Virus record (IMG/VR): IMGVR_UViG_3300032676_000720
Length of the DNA: 64,000 bases
Strand: one strand, 5' to 3'
Source of the DNA: an uncultured virus (IMG/VR IMGVR_UViG_3300032676_000720)
Taxonomy: Duplodnaviria; Heunggongvirae; Uroviricota; Caudoviricetes
The notes beneath the pieces are model-generated. The model was not told the origin of the DNA. It made no database searches and was given only the letters and a program-made list of their open reading frames with translations. This document shows, piece after piece, positions 59,046 through 64,000 of this stretch. Numbering within the stretch: the stretch's first letter is position 1; every line of letters starts with the position of its first letter. The position numbers were made by a program, and so were the translations under genes.

Positions 59046-60669
59046 CAGTGTACTGATTCGTCCTCGTAGCCAATGAATACATTACACCCTCGCTGTCGAG
59101 CTTCATCCAATGCTTGTTCAGTAGCAGCATCGCATACCAATTCGAACATTTCATCAATCTCATTCTGAGTTAAATGTTCTTCTCCGATAAGTCCTGCGAA
59201 TACTGCTTCTGCTACCATTAATCTATCGTCTGTCATTATTTCTCCGTTGGAGTAAATCGTTCGTTAAATGCTTCTGTACGACAAGTAAATTCCTCGCCGA
59301 GATGATTAGTGTATTTGATCCAATCATCTTGATCTACTGTGTATCGTTCTTTAACATAAAAGATTCTTGAATCTTTATCCATATAAACTATTTGTACCAT
59401 TATTGATTCCTTGCTAATCTTGCTTCGCGATGTGCGTTCCAACTTGCGTCTAAGTTGGCATTTTGTCTAAACAATTTGTCGTATGCTCTGTCAGTGATAC
59501 CATACAAATTGCCTTCTTGTTGTGATTCAAAAAAATTATAATCTATTGTCCATCTAGGAATAATTGTAACCAATGCGTCTGCGTCATGTAATACCGGAAG
59601 TTGTTTCCACTGGAACATTAGTCGATCCACACAAGATTTCCAATATGTTTTAGACCATTCAGATTTTGCGCTGGCTAAACTTTTACGAGCCGCATCTAAC
59701 CGTCCACCGAGCACTTCTGCTTCTTCACCTAAAAAACGATATGATTTCATTATACACTTTCCTTAATATGAAGTTCTTCTACTAAGTCATGCGCTAGATT
59801 TAATGCCATCATTGCGCCAAGATATACTAACCTTCGTTCGTTGTCATCGCCAGAGCAATTTTCTGTCATAGACATAAGTTCTTCAAACGATTTTGGTGTA
59901 ACAAATAGCCCCGAATGGGGAATGGGATTTAACATTTAAACTCCTTTATCTAACTATAGAACTATTATAGCAAAATTGGATTTAATTGTCAACTCCACTT
60001 CATTAAGAAGGAAAGATAGTCTCTTTCGGAGTCAAAATAGAAGATATATTCACCATTTTTGGTATGAGTGCTTACTTCTATTAGTTGCCAGCGCCATTCG
60101 GCTACCAATTCATGTTTACACCAATCCAATATTTGTTCAATAATGCCAAAAGATTTAATTATTCTGTGAGCATGATTATATTGCTCTTTTGAATGAATAA
60201 ATTCACCTTGTATTATCATGCGGTTACCTCACCAAACTTCAATTTGAATAGCAAAGCGTCGTGTTCTTCTTTGAATATCCAATCCATACAGTTACCGCCA
60301 ATGTCAGTAATGTATCTACCACCAGGTAAACCAAATAATTCTACTGCTTTATAGCACACTTCGTCCCATCTTAATATATTATCAAGATCATTTTGTAGTG
60401 TTACCCTAACACTGAATGTATATTCAGGATCACGCAATATAAGTTTTCCTTATGTAATCGTCTGATTGTTCAGGAGTCATTGTATAATATAATAAGTTAT
60501 CTTTTATATTAAAACGATTACAAAAACTTTGTCCATAGCGCAATCCATGTAAGGCGTCCCAGATAAAATCTTTGACCCACAGTTCGTATTCATCTAAAGT
60601 AATTCTTAGACTAGTGTGTCGTTCGTCATGTAATTCGTGATGTGTAAAAACAGAATGTCCGCTAGTCAT
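59045..60669 (-). CDS. cluster of small hypothetical early genes (59045-59236, 59236-~59400, 59400-59750, 59750-59935, 59989-60219, 60216-60437, 60430-60669)
   Basis: coupled ORFs; TTGACA-17-TATAAT at 59964-59992. Confidence 0.6.
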
Positions 60670-60709
60670 TATTCTTTAACTTCTATGTTTGGTTTTTCTT
60701 TGTTAGTCA

Positions 60710-60898
60710 TTAGTTTTTCAGACTATCTATTATAAAATCACCAGCATCTCCAAACTCATAGCCTTGATGCGGATACACAGCAATATTCCGTTCTCTACGA
60801 TATATTGTAGTGAGCCAATGCCACTGTCCGTTGATCCGACGTGGTTTCCACGGACCTTGCGGTCCTTTAATAAATTTAATAAGTGTTAGACGAGATGA
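60710..60898 (-). pseudogene. 3' part of a gene interrupted by the HNH element (5' part at 61600-61620)
   Basis: no start codon of its own outside the element; joins in frame to GTG CCC ATT GGG ATT GAT TTA across the TAAAT repeat. Confidence 0.55.
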
Positions 60899-61604
60899 TA
60901 AATAAGAATGCCGATCACGATACTGGACATATCTACCGGCTCTAACAGTTAATAAGGAACTATCAGCATGATATTTATACCCAACAAATACACTAAATGG
61001 TATTTTGCCATTATCAATAATGCCAGGACTCGTACTAATACTGGTTATAACGAACAACATCATATTACTCCTGAGTGCTTTTTCAAAAACAGAACTCGCA
61101 AAGGTCCAGCTGGACAGCTAGTCGGTAATCCTGAAGATCCATCCAACAAAGTAAAACTTACAGCAAAAGAACACTTCATTTGTCATCACCTTCTAACTAA
61201 AATGCTTGCCGATACTCGCCCACGGGCACAAATGCTAAAAGCCCTAGAACGAATGACCGCAAGTAATAATAAACATCAACGCTACAAAATAACAGCCCGA
61301 CTATTTCAACAAATTCGTATCGAAGCCGCTACAGCACATTCAACTCTAATCAAAGGCAAACCGAGCCATTCAAAAGGTAAAAAATGCCCTAACATCTCAA
61401 TGGCTAAAACAGGTAAATCTATTAAACAACCACCTAGAACCGAACAGCATCGTATCAATCTTGGCAATAGCCTCAAAGGTAAACCTGCTTGGAACAAAGG
61501 TAAAACTTACACTAACAAACCATACAAACGATTAACCTGTCCTCATTGCGGATTAGAAGGTAGCATCGCTAATATTAAACGCTGGCATAACAATAACTGT
61601 AAAT
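60899..61604 (+). mobile_element. HNH endonuclease element bounded by TAAAT direct repeats
   Basis: TAAAT at 60899-60903 and 61600-61604; structured leader homologous to 14179. Confidence 0.7.
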
Positions 61605-61639
61605 CAATCCCAATGGGCACGGAAGTACTTTCCAAATAG
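60968..61639 (+). CDS. HNH/NUMOD3-type homing endonuclease
   Basis: EQHHITP..N.V.LTAKEHFICH.LL; PAWNKG; CPHC..RWHNNNC. Confidence 0.88.
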   Translation: MIFIPNKYTKWYFAIINNARTRTNTGYNEQHHITPECFFKNRTRKGPAGQLVGNPEDPSNKVKLTAKEHFICHHLLTKMLADTRPRAQMLKALERMTASNNKHQRYKITARLFQQIRIEAATAHSTLIKGKPSHSKGKKCPNISMAKTGKSIKQPPRTEQHRINLGNSLKGKPAWNKGKTYTNKPYKRLTCPHCGLEGSIANIKRWHNNNCKSIPMGTEVLSK

Positions 61640-62275
61640 TCTAAATCCGTTATCCATCCGGGCTTGATGTGCTTTAAGTCCTTCCCAATCACATTTAGGA
61701 CTTACGTAATTTTCGTCCCATGGCGCTGTGTCATTACAGCCACTATGATCCCAAAACTTATCTTCGGAGTGTTCATCAACTAATTGTTCGAATGCCCATA
61801 TTTCTTCGTTAAGCACCCAGTCCCAACGGTCATGTAGTGTTGTATCTTCATCGCCCATGTCTACAGCGTGTGCGTTAACCTCTACACCTTTTTTCTTACG
61901 ACGCTGACCTTTTTTGTAGCCTTCAGATTGTAAGTGTACCGGTACATCTTCGTCGTCGACATATGGACTACCATGCTTAGTATCACGTAACTGTTTGAGC
62001 ATAGGTAGTATGACATCAGCTAATGTATGATCCATTGACCAAGTGTCCCAAAAGTCAATCTTGATATAAGACCAGCGTGGGTGGACTGTGTCTAGGAACT
62101 TTTGCCATAGTTGGCAAATAGGATCTAATATCTTAACCCAAGTTCCATATACAGGTTTATACGCTACATCGTGGTCATAAAAGACTCCATCGTCCTTTTC
62201 CCAAAAGCAAACTCGCTTGAGAATATGATACGGGCTTACCCAGTGATTACGATACTTACTTGTCCAAATTTTCAT
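61604..62275 (-). CDS. hypothetical protein
   Basis: DTWSMDHTLA, WDWVL.E.IWAF, GFRLFGKY..WD phage-type motifs. Confidence 0.75.
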   Translation of the reverse strand: MKIWTSKYRNHWVSPYHILKRVCFWEKDDGVFYDHDVAYKPVYGTWVKILDPICQLWQKFLDTVHPRWSYIKIDFWDTWSMDHTLADVILPMLKQLRDTKHGSPYVDDEDVPVHLQSEGYKKGQRRKKKGVEVNAHAVDMGDEDTTLHDRWDWVLNEEIWAFEQLVDEHSEDKFWDHSGCNDTAPWDENYVSPKCDWEGLKAHQARMDNGFRLFGKYFRAHWD

Positions 62276-63051
62276 TTTTGTATTCCTTGATATAATCTTT
62301 TAAAATTTGTTCAACCAACTGATTTAGTGTAATATCTTGTTCATGAGCATATAACATAAGCTGATACAACTCTTCGCGATCTAATCGTAGTTCAACAATT
62401 TCGCTACCATCTAACGGGTCATCTATACTTGTTAAATCAATATCTGTCATTACCAACTCCCGTCATCTATCCATAGTCTTACTGTTAAAAACAACCAACT
62501 AACGTACCAAGTACGTTCATTAGGTCCTGCCCATTCATCTGTAAACGCTCTGCCACCTTGTGGCATATAACGCCAGTGTAATGGATTAACTGTTATTATA
62601 ACAGACATTCCCGAGTAAGTCAACCATTTCATTTGTATTCCTTATCTAATTTGGTACTAGTTAATTCAGCTAGTACTTGGAACTTATCCCATGCTTCTTT
62701 AACTGCTGGGCGCTTGGCCAACTCGGTATCAGGTAACACGGTTTCTAGCCAAATCTCAGATCTGCGTGTGCTGTGTGCGCCAAACTTACGAGGTTGGTGT
62801 AGCTTGCCGGAATCGTATAGTTCCATCGATATAGCTCTAAAAGCCAATTTGTGTTTATCGGTTGGGTAGTGTTGCCACTCCGGACTACTCCAACTTTGAC
62901 GAGCATGATATCCTTGCCAAATGTCTTCCCACTCCTCATCGATATGTGGATCAAAATTAGTACGAGCAATAACAACCAATACATCGTCAATGTCCACAAC
63001 CCCTTCGTAGAGATCAACTAAACATCGACTATAACTTAATCCTACTTTCAT
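62256..63051 (-). CDS. three hypothetical genes (62256-62456, 62450-62632, 62629-63051)
   Basis: coupled ORFs. Confidence 0.65.
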
Positions 63052-63971
63052 TACACCTCCAAATATTGTAATTTAAACCAATCAGCACTTGCTTCATGGC
63101 CAACATAGCCTCGTGGGTTACATACTACTCTAGTATCGCCAATCCAATAGTTAAAATTAAAATGCGTGTGTCCATGTAGCCAATACTTAATCTGTGGCCT
63201 AGCTTCAATAAAATCATCCAAGTTACTACGAAAAGCAGCGTTTAGTAAGTTACCTTTATATACATCTGCTACGCTTAACTCAGACGGACAATGATGACCA
63301 ACAACAATATAACTGCCGGGATCGCGTGTAACATGGTCAACATAGGCTAACATTTTCTTATGGTCAACCACGCTATCTTCAGGAGTCCATCGAGCCGGCT
63401 CTTCTTTGCTCTTGTAGCCAATATTGATCATGGCACCTGTGGCATCTTTGCTATACTGCCCACCGTTACGACCATCATCGGTCCACAAAGGATTCTTTTC
63501 GTAGATAGGAACATTCCGCACAACCATTCTATTGCTGTTTAACACTTCGCGGAAATCATTCATAGATCCTTGAGCATAATTCATAGCTAACGAATCCTCA
63601 TTGTTCATGTCGGTCCATAGTGTACCACCAATAAATGTATGATCCATATGAGTCCAACACTCTTTCTCAAGGATATGTAAATTACCATAGTCCAAATGAT
63701 ACTTAAGAATGTTTTCAGTATGGGCAACATCTCCCGAGTAGTGTTCGTGATTGCCCATGATGTAAACTATATGGGGAAACTCTCGACAAACATTGTCAAA
63801 AAACTGCCTGTACTCTTTAGCCAAATGCTTTAAGTAAGTGGGCCTACCATCTGTGAAGTGTTTAGCTACACAGATGTCGCCAGCAAGAACTAATACATCT
63901 GCCTGTTCTTCATTCTTGAGTTCAATAGGTCCGAACTCTAAATGGATATCACTTGCTAGAGCTAATTTCAA
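63051..63971 (-). CDS. calcineurin-like metallophosphoesterase
   Basis: SDIHLE, AGDI, GNHEHY, HH.P, HGHTH, NPRGY. Confidence 0.92.
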   Translation of the reverse strand: MKLALASDIHLEFGPIELKNEEQADVLVLAGDICVAKHFTDGRPTYLKHLAKEYRQFFDNVCREFPHIVYIMGNHEHYSGDVAHTENILKYHLDYGNLHILEKECWTHMDHTFIGGTLWTDMNNEDSLAMNYAQGSMNDFREVLNSNRMVVRNVPIYEKNPLWTDDGRNGGQYSKDATGAMINIGYKSKEEPARWTPEDSVVDHKKMLAYVDHVTRDPGSYIVVGHHCPSELSVADVYKGNLLNAAFRSNLDDFIEARPQIKYWLHGHTHFNFNYWIGDTRVVCNPRGYVGHEASADWFKLQYLEV

Positions 63972-64000
63972 TTGTGACTTCCTTTAATTGTGTTTGTAGT

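Noticed and set aside
60710..61063. 117-aa ORF as listed in the track
   Set aside because: Its N-terminal half is antisense to the HNH gene and leader; only the 3' part looks real.
1235..63542. Numerous short plus-strand ORFs in the ORF track
   Set aside because: They are antisense shadows of well-supported minus-strand genes with no motifs; only 14247, 32994 and 60968 were accepted on the plus strand.
1..64000. Alternative genetic code (stop-codon reassignment)
   Set aside because: Long intact ORFs under the standard code with TAA, TAG and TGA all used as stops.

Overview
AT-rich, densely coding 64-kb segment of a large (probably jumbo) T4-like/myovirus phage genome, with almost all genes on the minus strand. 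Host-like genes (infA, erpA, rubrerythrin) suggest a proteobacterial host, probably betaproteobacterial (inference). Modules in order: (1) putative nucleic-acid modification and replication genes (Zn-dehydrogenase, Gfo/Idh/MocA, TGT/DpdA-like transglycosylase, clamp, methyltransferase, family B polymerase); (2) late-promoter-driven mosaic proteins punctuated by hydrophobic-x-E motifs, probably prohead-protease-processed, capsid-packaged polyproteins (deaminase, GNAT, ParB, GP88, nucleotidyltransferase, metallopeptidase, RMF-like modules); (3) ClpA/DnaJ chaperones; (4) lysis cassette; (5) PhoH, clamp loader, GroES, DnaE fragment; (6) tail/baseplate genes including an S53 protease; (7) redox/translation auxiliary genes and many small early genes. 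Main finding: a family of HNH-endonuclease elements sharing a covarying structured 5' leader and bounded by TAAAT direct repeats. There are two full copies and one internally deleted 90-bp copy, and one full copy appears to split a gene that is restored in frame when the element is removed. All calls come from reading motifs by eye; no database searches were run.
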